A DNA stretch of 64,000 nucleotides from Octopus bimaculoides (taxonomy: Eukaryota): the NCBI RefSeq assembly GCF_001194135.2, contig NC_068981.1:192713999-192777998 (forward strand), given 5' to 3'. A program made the translations under genes and the position numbers. The notes beneath the pieces were generated by a model that was not told the origin of the DNA, searched no databases, and was given only the letters and a program-made list of their open reading frames with translations. Every line of letters begins with the position of its first letter. Position 1 is the stretch's first letter. Below are positions 1 to 13,385 of this stretch, in pieces.

Positions 1-279
1 GCTTCTTTTGCTGAACTGCTAAGTTACAGTGATGGAAGGAAGCAAAGCAACACTGGTTCTCAAGTAGTAAGGGGTGGGGTGGGATGCAAAGACGCGTACG
101 TACATACATGTGTACGGCAGGTTTCCATCCAGTTTCTGTTTACCAAGTTCAGTCACAAAGCATTGGTTGGTCAAGGTCTGTAATAGAAGACACTTGCCCA
201 AGGTGCCATGCAGTGGGGCTGAACCTGAAACCATATGGTTGCAAAGTGAGCTTCTTAACCACACAACCATGCCTGTGCC
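1..279 (-). mobile_element. tRNA-headed SINE family B, partial (cut by window edge)
   Basis: Reverse complement of the ggctgtgtggtaag...ggttcagtccc head and cttgggcaagtgtcttcta core seen in many copies. Confidence 0.85.
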
Positions 280-2689
280 ATATCAATAATACTCATCATC
301 ATCATCATCATCATTTAGCATCTGTTGTCTATGCTGGCATGGACTGGGCAGTTTGACCAGGGCTGGTAAGCTGGGAGGCTGCACCAGACTCCAATCTGAT
401 TTGGTATGGTTTTCTAATGCCAACCACTCCGAGAGTGTAATGGGTGCGTTTATGCGCCACCGGCACAGGTGCCATTTGCGTGACACCAGGATCTGCTATG
501 ACTGCTATTTTGCTCAGCTTGATGGGTCTTCTTCTCAAGCCCAACGTAATTTTATATTTCTTTATTGCTCACAGGGGGCTAAACATAGAGGGTGCAAACA
601 AGGACAGACAAAAGGATTAAGTCGAGAACATCGACCCCTGTGTGTGACTGGTACTTATTTAATCGACCCTGAAAGGATGGAAAGCAAAGTTGACCTCGGT
701 GGAATTTGAACTCAGAACATAACAGCAGATGAAACACCACTAAGCATTTCGCACAACATAATGCCAAAGGTCTTGGTCATTGCTTCCATGAAGCCCAACA
801 CTTGAAAGGAATTCAGCCAGTTTGCCTCTGTGAGGTCTAATGCTCGAAAGGCGCTCTTTATATACCACTGGCATGGGTGCTAGTTATGTGACACTAGCAT
901 TGACCATGACTATAATTTCACTGTTTATCTTTAATATGTGAGGTGGTGGGAGGTCTTGCATTTAAAGGCAAATCACTATGGAGATAGAGAGTCCGTGTTG
1001 CAGATATTTCCATCCGAGGTTTTAAGCTGTTGCTGTGTAATTGTAATTTCAGAAATACTAATGTGGACTTGTAATTGCACAAGTCTGCAACTTTAATTCC
1101 CACGTTCAATGTGTTGATTGTTGTTGTTGCTCTTGATGTCGAGGGTTGGAGTGTTATAAATGGTGGACTTTGAATGATGATGATGATGATAATAATAATA
1201 GTAATAATTACATAGATATTTTCTGTATTTTCTGCAATTATTTTCAGGAATTGTTATCATAAGGAGTTTTGATAAGATAAAAAAAGACCAACAAGAAAAA
1301 AAAAAAAAAACGAAGCTTATTGGATCATTGTTTGTTTAATTAAAGTGATTACTTCATATCTAATAATATATATTTTTTTTTAATATGTATTATTGGAGGG
1401 CCTAGTTAAGACAAGTATGAACTGACTGTGAGCATAGTTTGAACTATTGACCTTTCATCACCATACTGTTAATTTCTCTGTGTATATTTTGATACATCTA
1501 TCTACATCTGTCTGTTGTGAAGGTGCGTGGCTAAGTGGTAAGGGTATTTCATTCATGATTGTAAGGCTGTGAGTTTGATACCTGGAGCTGCATTGTGTCC
1601 TTGATCAAGACACATTACTCCATGTTGCTCCAGTCCACTCAGCTGGCATAAGTGAGTTGTACCTGTAATTCAAGAGAGACCAGCCTTGTCACACTCTGTG
1701 TCATGCTGAATCTGCCTGAGAACTACGCTTAAGGTACACTTGTCTGTGAAATGTTCAGCCGCTTGCATGTTCATTTCACGACCAGGCTGTCCCGTTGATT
1801 AGACCATGTAGATCACTTGTTGTAATCGATGGAGTACCAGTTATATCTGTCCATGTTCTTGTCCCTTCTTTATTTTTAACCTCTTAACAGCTTTCATAAA
1901 GCTCCCTTTCTCTCTCCTATACTTTCTCTCAGTAAGGCAGTGAGCTGGCACAATCATTAGCACACCAAACAAAATGCTTAGCAGCATTTTGTCTGTCTGC
2001 ACATTCTGAGTTCAAATTTTGCCGTGGTCGACTTTCCCAGAGTGAGTCTGTGTATTCATAAAATCCTACTGAGATTATTCATATTCTTGTCTTTTCTGCC
2101 ATACAGCATTGCACATCACACTGTGTCTACCTTTCATGTGAAGAATGATCCTGTTGTTATTCATGCGTGCACACAGCAATTTTTTGTTTTTTTCTTCTCT
2201 CCTCTCTGACAAAACTAAACTTTATTTCCTTTTGTAATGCTTACTCTTATGGTCAGTCTAGTACACTTAGACAGACTTAGTGTGGGGCTTAATTGGTTAA
2301 CCCATTTCACAGTTCTTATTTCATATTCTATCAGATTAAAAACTTGGATAAAACTTTGCAAGATTCAACTGTGTTTAAAGAATGAGTAAATTCAAAGAGT
2401 TGTGTTTTACTGACATGACAGTGCTGCTACTGCTGATAATAATAACAATAATAAGGCGACAAACTGGCAGAAATGTTAGAATGCCGGGTGAAATGCATAG
2501 TGGCATTTCGTCTGTCTTTTCATTCTGAGTTCAAATTCTGCCGATGTCGGCTTTGCCTTTCATCCTTTCAGGGTTGATAAATTAAGTACCAGTTGCTTAC
2601 TGGGGTGGATCTAATCGACTGGACCCCTTCCCCAAAATTTCTTGCCTTGTGCCTAGAGTAGAAAAGAATAATAAAAATAATAATAAATG

Positions 2690-3215
2690 CCCTGATGCAG
2701 TGGCCTTCATGGCTTCTGATCTTAATTGATTGGAAGTGATATTATGTACATTGTTTTGTCTTGATATAAAAGATGGGCTACAGCAAATATTCTGGTCAAT
2801 ACCGCAAATTTATTTGTCCAGTTGAGCATGTCCCTTAGTGTCTGACGATATGTGCATCCCTGATCATGAGCAGAAGTAGTGGGGAAGCACCATAGCCATG
2901 TGTTGAGAGGAATTCTTTGCGGTTTGGATAATTCACCTTTGGAAACATGGGTTCAACATCCTTAAACAACTCTTATTCAGGGGCCTTTTGAGCGGGATGA
3001 GCTACTTGACCTGAAGAAAATTCTAACTGGACCCTACATATAAGGTCATGCACTATTTATCTTGATATGAGATCACCATGTTGCACACATATGGTTGTGA
3101 TGCATGTTCCTTGTGTACCCTTATCAGACGGGTAGTCATGATGGGTATACTGGGCTTCGTATATTTGTACCCCAGTGTCACTTTGATGGCATGCTCTGCT
3201 CTCTCACTCAATAAT
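2690..3215 (+). mobile_element. About 530-bp non-coding retroposon-like repeat ending in (AAT)n; other copies at about 27056-27535(-) and 40255-40790(+)
   Basis: Three similar copies ending ...cccagtgtcactttgatggcatgc..ctctctcactc plus aataat. Confidence 0.8.
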
Positions 3216-3610
3216 AATAATGATAATAATAACCCTTACTACTATCGACACAAGGCCTGAAATACATTGATTCCAGTGCTTAACTGGTACTTGTATCTTC
3301 AACCCCAAAAGAATGGAAAGCAAAGTTAACTTTGGTGGAATTGGAACTCAAAATATAAAGACAGACTAAATGCCGCTTTTTGCTGGCATATTAACGATTC
3401 TGCCAGCTTGCAGCCATGGTAGCAGTAATCACCATCATGAACCTCATTTAACATCTGCTCTCCATGCTGGCATGGGTTAGATGGTTTGACTGGAGCTGGA
3501 AGTGGCACCCGGTTCCAGTCTGATTTAGCATGGTTTCTAAAAGCTGGATGCTCTTCCTAACACCAACCACTCAAAGAGTGTAATGGGTGCTTTTACATGT
3601 CACCAGCACG

Positions 3611-3800
3611 GGTGCCATTTACATACCACCAACAACAACCACGACTCAAGGGTGCCATATAAATGGCATCATTAACGACCATGATTCCTGGGTGCCATTT
3701 AAATGGCACCATCAATGGCCACAACGATTCACAGGTGCCATTTACATGGCACCATCAATGACCACAACTATGATTTATGGGTGCCATTTATATGACACCA
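3611..3800. repeat. Degenerate tandem repeat of about 40-46 bp, 5 units, with palindromic core GGTGCCAT-N4-ATGGCACC
   Basis: Cores start at 3611, 3651, 3691, 3734 and 3780. Confidence 0.85.
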
Positions 3801-4049
3801 CCGTGTAATAATAATAGCAATAATCCTTTCTACTAAAGGCACAAGGCCTGAAATTTTGGGGGAGGGGACTACTCGATTACATCAATCTCCAGTATGCAAC
3901 TGGTACTTATTTTATTAACTCCGAAAGAATAAAGAGCAAAGTTGACCTTGGCAGAATTTGAACTCAGAATGTGAAGACAGATGAAGTGTTACTAAGCATT
4001 TCACCCAGCATGCTAATAATTCTACCAGCTTGCAGCCTTGATGATGATG

Positions 4050-4087
<38 letters not shown>

Positions 4088-4315
4088 CCCTTTCTGCTAT
4101 TGGCACAGAGCCTGAAATTTTGTAGGAGGGGTTAGGGTTAGTCTATTACATTGACCTCAGTGTTCAGCTGCCACTTATTTTATTGACCCAGAAAGGATGA
4201 GTGGTAAAGCTGACTTTTGTGGAATTTGAACTCGGAATGTAAAGTTGGAAGGAATGCCACTAAGCATTTCATGTAGCATGCTAATGATTCTGCCAACTTG
4301 CCACTTCATATATTT

Positions 4316-4351
<36 letters not shown>

Positions 4352-4907
4352 ATCCTTTCTACTAAAGGCACAAGACTTGAAATTTGGGGAAGGGGTAAGT
4401 CGATTATATTGACCCCCTGTATTCAACAGGTACTTATTTTATCGACCCCGAAAGGATGAAAGGCAAAAGTCAGCCTCGACGGAATTTGAACTCAGAACTT
4501 AGCAACTGCAGTAATAATGATGATGAATAATAATCCTTTCTATTATAGGCACAATGCCTGAAATGTTGGGGGAGGAGGCTAGTTGATTACATTGACCCCA
4601 ATGTTTCACTGATGCTTAATTTATCGATCCTGAAAGGACGAAAGGCAAAGTTGACCTTGGTGGCATTTGAACTCAGAACGTGAAGATGAGCAAAATACTG
4701 TTTTGCCCAGCATGCTAACAATTCTGCCAGTTCACAAGAGGAAAGGGTCAATCAACCAAATTGATTCTAGTTCAACTCCGGAAGGACAAATGACAAAATT
4801 AACTTCATCAGGATTTGAACTCAGAGTGTAAAGAGCCAAAACTAAATACTACAAGGCATTTAGTCTGATAATTCTTCCACTTGACCGTTTAAAAAAAAAT
4901 GACAGTA

Positions 4908-4940
<33 letters not shown>

Positions 4941-7900
4941 TTCATTCAGTGTTAACTCACTGATATTCCAGTCTTTTGTAGTTTTAAGGTTTCTTTTAGC
5001 CATACAATTCAAACCTTAGAAGATAAAAATAATTTCTGGATTCCATCTTGCTGCATGACACTTTGGGCAAGTGTCTTCTACTGTAGCCTTGGGTCAACCA
5101 AAACCACCACCACCACCACCACCACCACCATCATTTAACTGCCATTTCTCCATGCTTGTCTAGGTCAGAAGGAATCTGTGAAGGCAGATTTTCTGAGGCT
5201 GGATGCCCTCCCTTTTGCCAGTCCTCATCCAATTCCAGTCAAAGTGATATTTTCCCATACCACAGCATATTTTTCTCAGAAGACCAGTAAAGAACAGCAT
5301 GGCTTTCTTACCATCCTGTGATGTCATGACAAAGGAACATATACACATACATACGTATATGCATTTGCATCCATTACACTCTTGGAATGGTTGGCATTAG
5401 GAAAGGCATCCAGCCGTAGAAAACCATGCCAAAACAGACCGGAGTCTGGTGCAGCCCTCCAGCTTGCCAGCCCTGGTCAGACTGTCCAACCCATACTAGC
5501 ATGGACAACGGACGTTAAATGATGATGATGATGATACAATGGGCTTCTCTTAGTTTCTGTCCATCAAATCTACTCTTGGCCTGAGGGTGTAGTAGAAGAC
5601 ACTTGCTCAAGATGAGATTGAACTGGAGACTACATGGTTGGGAAGCAAACTTGACCGCACTGTCACATCTGTGCCTTAGGAGTAGATTTGCTAAGAGGAA
5701 AACTGAAAGAAACCTATTGTATATGTGATTGAGTATGTGTCCTTGTCTTGGCATTGTATAATAGTTGTCAATGAGCCTCACTGTTATAAGCAGTGTCATT
5801 CATTTCCAGTTCTTTTCAAAAATATGTTTAAGGAGGAAATGTCATCTTGGTTGGAAACAAGGTGGGGTTTGGTGACAAGAAGAGCATCCTGGCCCTTGCA
5901 AATCTACCTCACTAACTCTGTCTCACTCATATCAGTATGAAAATGTGGACAATAAAATGATGATGATGATAGGTATGTGCGTACTGTACTATTTCATTCA
6001 TGGTAATGTGTCTGGGTCAGCCTTTTATAATTCCAGCTTAGAATAATTGCAACACAAATTTAGAAAATATTCTTTTTTTGTATGTGGATCATTTAGGAAT
6101 TTATTTCAAGGCCTTTTTCTTTTTGTTAATAAACAAAATGTCGTTGAATTCCAGTTGACTTCCACAGACATGAAAATGCTTGAAATGTTTCTTTCGTTTG
6201 TGAAAACAGAATCTGTGTGAAGGACTCCCCCCCACCCGCCACCAACTCAAATCCTTCAGTTTTTTTGTTCTTAAAATGGTACAGTACTAAGATCTCAATA
6301 TAAAGGGAAGCATCAATTTTGTGGTTGCATATAACTTGTTTAGCCCTAGGTCAGATTGGATTGATCAAATCTATGATCACTGACACTCCAGCTATGACCA
6401 CCACTGCGTTTTTTTCTCAAGACCATCATCATCATCATCAGTATCCTCATCATTTAACGTCTATTTTCCATGCTGGCATGGGTTGGGCAATTTGACAGGA
6501 GCCAGCAAGCTGGAGGGCTGCATTGTGCTCCAATTATTTGTTTTGGTACGGTTTCTACAGCTGGATACCCTTCCTAATGCCAACCACTTACAGGGTGTCC
6601 TGGATGCTTTTTACATGGCACCAGCACATGTTATTTACATGACACCAGCACGGGTGGTTTTTATGTGGCTCCAGCACAAGTACTCTTCATATGGCTCCAA
6701 CACGGGTACTTGATACATGACACCAGCACTAGTGCTTCATACCTAGTACCAGCATGAATGCTTTACATGTGGCACCAACATGGCTGCTTCATGTGTGGAA
6801 CCAACACAGGTGCTGCTTACATCAGTGTTATATCTTTTTTTCTAAAAACTAACCTGATTTGAAAGAGGCTTTCCTCTGTTATTTCTAGCAGTCAGCGGTT
6901 CCTTCTACAGATGTAGAAAGAGGAAGAAGACTTGGAGTGAGTTATAACCTAAAAACTATTATTTAGGTGATTATCTGATAAATACATTTAATTAAATAGA
7001 GTGATTAATGAAATGATTCCCGTAGCTGCTCTTTTGTTCTTTCAGTTATTGATCTGAAATTTATTTCTTATATTTCCTGATTTACTCCCCTGGCCTCCAT
7101 TCAATATATTTCTAGATGGCATCAAATCTAGACTTTCTCAAAATCATTTACTAATTAACCAAGTTTCTAATTAAAATGCACTTTTCTTTTAGAAACGGTC
7201 AACTTTTTTTTTTGTTACCTTTTATCTTGTTCTTGTTTCAGGCTTAGGCTGCGGCCATACTGGGGCACTGCTTTAAATTTCTTTTCGAATGAATTTACTC
7301 CAGTACTTATTTCTTTCTTTTTTAAGCCTGGTAATTATTCTATCAGTCTCTTTTGCCAAAACTGCTAAGTTATGGGGACGTAAACACACCAACACTGGTT
7401 GTCAAGCAGTGTAGTGGGAAACAGACACACACACACGATGGGTTTCTTTCAGTTTCTGTCTACTAAATCCACTAACAAGGCTTTCAATGGCCCAAGGCTG
7501 TAGTAAAATACACTTGCCTAAGGCGTCACACAGTGGGACTGAACCTGGAACTATGTGGTTGGGAAGCAGGTTTCTTACCACACAGCCACACCTACATATC
7601 CTTTATTTGGAAGATGAATGGTGACTTCCTTGACCTTGGTCATTGTAGACTGATGGAGCTCTCTGTAGGTTGGATTCTATGGATTCATTATGGATCTCTG
7701 TCTGTTGGTGCCTGCAGGGAAAGCACGGACGGGGTGAGGACTTGCCCTTCCTGTCACCTGTCACTTCACAATGCATTTGGTGCATTTTATCGTGGCATTG
7801 AAGTTGCTAATCATAATCCCTCTTACACAAGGTGTGTCTATCCCTCTTGACAACCTGACTCAGTTGGTGGGGGTAGTCTTTTTCTTTGTCTTGTGAATTA

Positions 7901-8870
7901 CTTGGTGACCTCACTAATACCAGTATCATCATCATCGTTTAACGTCCATTTTCCATGCTAGCATGGGTGGGAAGGTTTGGCAGAGGTCTAGAGATCCAGT
8001 GGCTGCACCAGGCTCCAATCTGATCTAGCAAGGTTTCTACAGCTGGATACTCTTCCTAATGCCAACCACTCCGAGAGTGTAGTGGGTGCTTTTTACGTGC
8101 CACCGGCACAGGAGCCAGTCAGGCGGGCTTGGTACCAATCATGTTTGGATAGTACTTTTTACGCACCACTGGTGCAGGGACCAGTCTGGGAGCACTGGCA
8201 TTGGCTATGTTAGGTTGATGCTCTTTATGTGCCACTTTCATGAGAACCTGTCAGGAGGTGAAAAAAAAAAAAAAAAAACAGCCAGTAGATTCTGAAAAGG
8301 TGGTTGGTGTTAGAAAGGTCACCCAGCTGTAGAAAGTATGCCAGAAGAGACAAGTGGAGCTTGATGCAGTCCTCCAGCTCATTAGACCCTGTCCAACCAT
8401 CCAATCCATACCAACATAGAGGACTGAACATTAAATAATGGTCATGACGATGATCGTCATCATTAAGTGTCTGTTTTCCATACTGGCATGAGTTCTGTTG
8501 GAAGTGGTAAGGCTGGGGGCTGCATTAAGCTCGATTGTCTGTTTTGGCATGGTTTCTACAGATGGATACCCTTCCTAATGCCAACCACTTTACAGAGTGT
8601 ACTGGGTGCTTTTTTTCATGTGGCATCAGCACCATATGAAAAGGACTAGGTGTGTATGCAGTAGAAAGGCTTGCATTGAAATTACTTTAAAACTAAGATA
8701 AACTGTTATTTTTTTTTCTCTTCCTCTCTATTTTATTGTAATGTAGTTCTGTGTGTGTGCGTGGTGGTGGTGGTGGTGGTGGTGTTTTGCTGTAGTTTGA
8801 TGATATGATGTGCTCTGCGTGTGGTGATAGTGATATAGCGACATCTGTGCCTGGTGTAGCTACTGATAAC

Positions 8871-8901
<31 letters not shown>

Positions 8902-11393
8902 TGATGAATCATTGTATTTATTGCGCGCATGCACACACACACACACACACACACACTATGTTAAATTATCTCAAACATGTTTCTGTTATTTTTTAAAACT
9001 AAACACACACTTTATTCTTTATATTTTGAATATAAGAAAATTGGAATAAGATATTCCTCTCTAACTTTTAGATCTTTCTCTTCACTATTACTGAGTATAT
9101 CATTAATTGTTTGTATTATTTATATTTCTGTTTCTCCTCTTTGATTCCAAAAATTCTATGTCAAATATCCATTCCCCAGAGTTTTCATTTTCAATCTATT
9201 CTTTATTGTAATTTGGTTTCCTAGGAGACCCACTGGAGATAATTTCAGTTATTCTTCAGAGAAAAGAAGGCATAAATGAAATTTGTGAATATTTATTTAA
9301 AACAGCTGTCTTCAACCCAAAACAGAATCTGTTCATGTATTTCAAGTATTGGCATCAAGTGGACAGATGGAACTTAAATAATCCATGCCATTGTCTTTGT
9401 TCATTTAAGTCGGTATGTTCTCATTGGAATGACTAGCAGCAATAGAGCTGTAGTTCTAAATGTATAATACAACTCGTCTCCTCTTTACCACTTAATGCCA
9501 GCATCAGAACAATATGTTGGTGATTCATATCAGGTTCAGGGAGATCACAGAGCGGCATCTATTACACGTTGGGTATTACTAAAAATAAGATGTTCTCTGA
9601 AAGACGATTCCTTTGATAGCTGATGTTTCTATATCTACTTTCTTATGAGCTAGTGAGGGAGCTTCTGTGTTGTTGCTTGACTTATTAAAAACAGTAGTGA
9701 AGCCTACCTCAAATCACACTCTGATACCGTAAATTTGAACACGGACTACATCAGACAAGGTATTATTAACCGTTTAGCATTCAGCTTACTCTCTCAAGTG
9801 TAATGTATATTCATTGACATTCTTTTGAATTAATCATGTATTATCATGTAGCTTCAAGATTTCAATGATGTGATTGTTTATTTTTAGAATGACATTGTTG
9901 GGTTGGTGTGAGAGACTGGATCCAGTTAGTTTGAATCTTCAACAAATACAATATTAGGCCCATATATGACTGGCTCAACGCATTAGCGTCCATGGTCCTT
10001 TTTTTTAGGACCAGAAAGATAATCTATCATATTTCTGCAACACCTGTATTTTTCTGAGATATCTTTAGTTAGTCATCAAGACTGGAGTGTCTTTCAAATA
10101 TTACTCCAATAGTCTGATGTCATCATCATCATCGTTTAATGTCCGCTTTCCTTGCTGGTATGGGTTGGATGGTTTGACTTAGGACTGGTGAGCCAGAAGG
10201 CTGCACCAGGCTCCAATCTGATCTGACAAAGTTTCTACGGCTGGATGCCCTTTTCTAACGCCAACCACTCTGAGAGTGTAGTGGGTGCTTTTTATGTGAT
10301 ACTGGCACAAGGGCCAGTCAGGGGGTACTGGCAACGACCACGCTCAAAATTTGTTTTTTACATGCCACCTGCACGGAAGCCAGTCCAGCAGAACTTGCAA
10401 CGACCTCGCTTGAATGTTGTTTTTCATGTGCCACCGGCACATGTGCCAGTAAGGTGACACTGGTAACAATCACGATCGAATGGTGCTTTTAACGTTCCAC
10501 TGACATGAGTGCCAATCAGGCGGTACTGTTATTGGTCACGTCAGCGATTTCGATTTCACTTGCCTCAACAGGTCTTTGCAAGCAAAGTTTATTGTCCAAT
10601 GAATGAAGGGTACTCATAAGTGGGCTGGTTATACACCACTGGCATAGGCCACGGGTTATGGTCTCACTTGGCTTGTCAGGTCTTGTAATACTGATGTCTC
10701 AGTTTTCAGTACAGTGTGAAAATCTTGAGGGAAAGGATACACTCAGTTTCATCTATTCAATCAAAAATTTTTTGGTAAGTGGTACTTATATCCAACCCAT
10801 ATTTGTATATAGTACAAATAATTGCTCGAACTGACCTATAAAGTCAAGAAAATCTTTTCAAGTAATTTTGGTATCAGATAAAGTTGTATAAAAAAAAGAT
10901 TCTTGGTAATAAATTAAAGAAAAAAAATTTGGGCACTAATGGGTTAAATGCAAAAGGGTTAAATATAGATGTAGGAGTGGCTGTGTGGTAAGTAGCTTGC
11001 TTACGAATTGCATGGTTCCGGGTTCAGTCTCACTGCGTGACACTTTGGGCAAGTGTCTTCTACTATAGTGGATTTGGTAGACGGAAACTGAAAGAAGCCC
11101 GTTGTATATATATGTATATGTATGTATAAGTATGTGTGTGTGTATGCTTCTTGACAACCGATGCTGGTATGTTTATGTCTCCATTACTTAGTGATTCGGC
11201 AAAAGAGAGCGATAGAATAAGTACTAAGCTTACAAAGAATAAGTCCTGGGGTCGATTTGCTCGACTAAAAAGCAGTGCTCCACCATGGCCACAGTCAAAT
11301 GACTGAAACAAGTAAAAGAGTATACTAAAAAACAGGACAGTCGTGGTTGGGATGATCATGTCTGCTGAAGCAGGGCTGATCAAGGGTTAAAAC

Positions 11394-11424
<31 letters not shown>

Positions 11425-12475
11425 TAGACTGTCTTATGTGTTAAGAAGATGTCTTCATCAGTTGATGTCATTTTGACTTGCAGTGAAAGATTTCAACAAA
11501 AATACTTTAAATGCTGTTTGCAACAGTTTTGGACGGGTAACATATTTTCGAGTAACAGATACTTTTATCTTCTTTAGCTGATGGTGAGATATAACTTTTC
11601 TCATTATCCTTGGATATTTTTAGATGAAATAAACCTCATCTTCTGTAGCTTGTCTAGTGTAACTAGGTATTGAGTGTCTATATTGTAGACAATTCCAGCT
11701 GCTAGGCTCATGGTACTTTTCAAGATTGGTCATGAAACCAATTTGCTGTATTGTTTTGTATATTATAGATAAATTCAACTGCTGAGTTCATGTACTCTTG
11801 GGTGTTGGTTATGAAAATGATCTGCTGCCCGAAACCAAACCACGTGGTTGGGAAGCAAGCTTTTTAATCACAGCCATGCTTGTGCCTAGAATATATAGGT
11901 TACATATATCATACCTTGATACTGTGTGGACTGAGATCCCTGTTGACAGACCCCTGATATTTAAAAATAGTGTTAATACTCATGATATGCAAATTAGCAA
12001 CTCTAGTTTCCTGTAGCTACTGTAATTGTTGAGCATATAAACAGATTGGCTGCTTGTGTCTCTGACGAGAATCCATTAAGAATTGAAAATTAATCAAGGC
12101 TGTACATAATTTTTCTCAGTCTATGGAGAAACAGCTAAATTAACCCTTATCTCATCATCATTTAACGTCTGTTGTCTGTGCTGGCATAGGTTAGATCGTT
12201 TGACTCGGCTGGCATGCTGGAAGGCTGCACCAGACTCCAGTTTGATTTGGCATGGTTTTCTACGGCTGGATGCCCTTCCTAACGTCAACCACTCCCAGAG
12301 TGTAACAGGTGCTTTTACGTGCCGTGTGACACTGGTATCTGTCACGACTGCGAATTTGCTTGGCTTGATGGGTTTTCTTCTTCAAGCATGACATAATGCC
12401 AAGGGTCTTGGTCATTGCTTCTGTGAGGCCCAACACTCGAAAGGAACTCAGCCACTTTGCCTCTGTGAGACCTTA

Positions 12476-12530
<55 letters not shown>

Positions 12531-12624
12531 TCATCATCATCATCATCATTTAACGTCTGTGTTCCATGCTAGCATGGGTGGGACGGTACCACAAGAGTCG
12601 GTCAGGCCGAAGCCTGCACCATAC

Positions 12625-13385
12625 ATATAGTTCAAATTAAAAAAAATCAAAAGATGAAGATGGGTGTAGGAACACCAAGCAGATGTATTAGTGTAATGCT
12701 TGGGAGAATTGGAAGTCTTTTACGTTTCGGGCCTATGCTCGTCGATATACCTACACTCAATCTTCAATAGTGTCATCACACATACCACTATATGAGCAGC
12801 CACACAGTTGAACTCAGTATACACACCACACCCCCTCTTGCACACTTCCACACCTACACAAGCACATAATACCTGAACACAGACACTATATACACACACG
12901 TGCAACATGCATAAATGCACGCAACACACATAAAGATGACTTTTGCCTACAAACATACACTATACCCATGCACACTATTTGGTCACACACACACACACAC
13001 ATACACACACCACTTGAAAAAGCACACATCAACTGCTCTACACAACACACACAAATGTCAGACTCACTTGCCACCATTCACACATATATGCACACGCTTA
13101 CACACTTTAGTTCGTTGGGATCACCATTATTATCTCCCTTTCATTCAACCTCTTTTCTAGTCATCTCACCATGTTGGACTGCTGAGCCCTACACAATTTT
13201 TCTCTCTTCGTTTTTTTCACTCTCTCTCCATTTTTTTTCCTTATTCCTTTCTGTCAAAGAGCGTAGGCTCAAAACATAAAGACTTTTCCATTTTTCCCGA
13301 GCATTAAACTAATACACCTGCTTGTTATTCCTACACTTGTTTTTGTCTTTTGTTTTTTTTTTCTTTGTAAATTTGAACTATATAT
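12625..13385. mobile_element. Penelope-like remnant with inverted arms of about 120-145 bp; a third arm copy at about 14105-14190
   Basis: 12625-12745 and 13240-13385 are reverse-complement related; each has a GAGC-NNAG-GCYC hairpin followed by (G/A)AAAC. Confidence 0.55.

Noticed and set aside
2335-2385. Possible 51-nt exon
   Set aside because: Weak splice sites, and its open frame hits a stop when joined to the 6889 candidate.
3078-3260. Conserved-looking peptide pair (3078-3260 and 40658-40855)
   Set aside because: The similarity reflects two copies of the same non-coding repeat; the third copy is on the other strand; no splice context.
3611-3800. CRISPR-like array (palindromic repeats with spacers)
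   Set aside because: The spacers resemble each other, the repeats are degenerate and only about 20 bp, there are no cas genes, and the context is a eukaryotic SINE.
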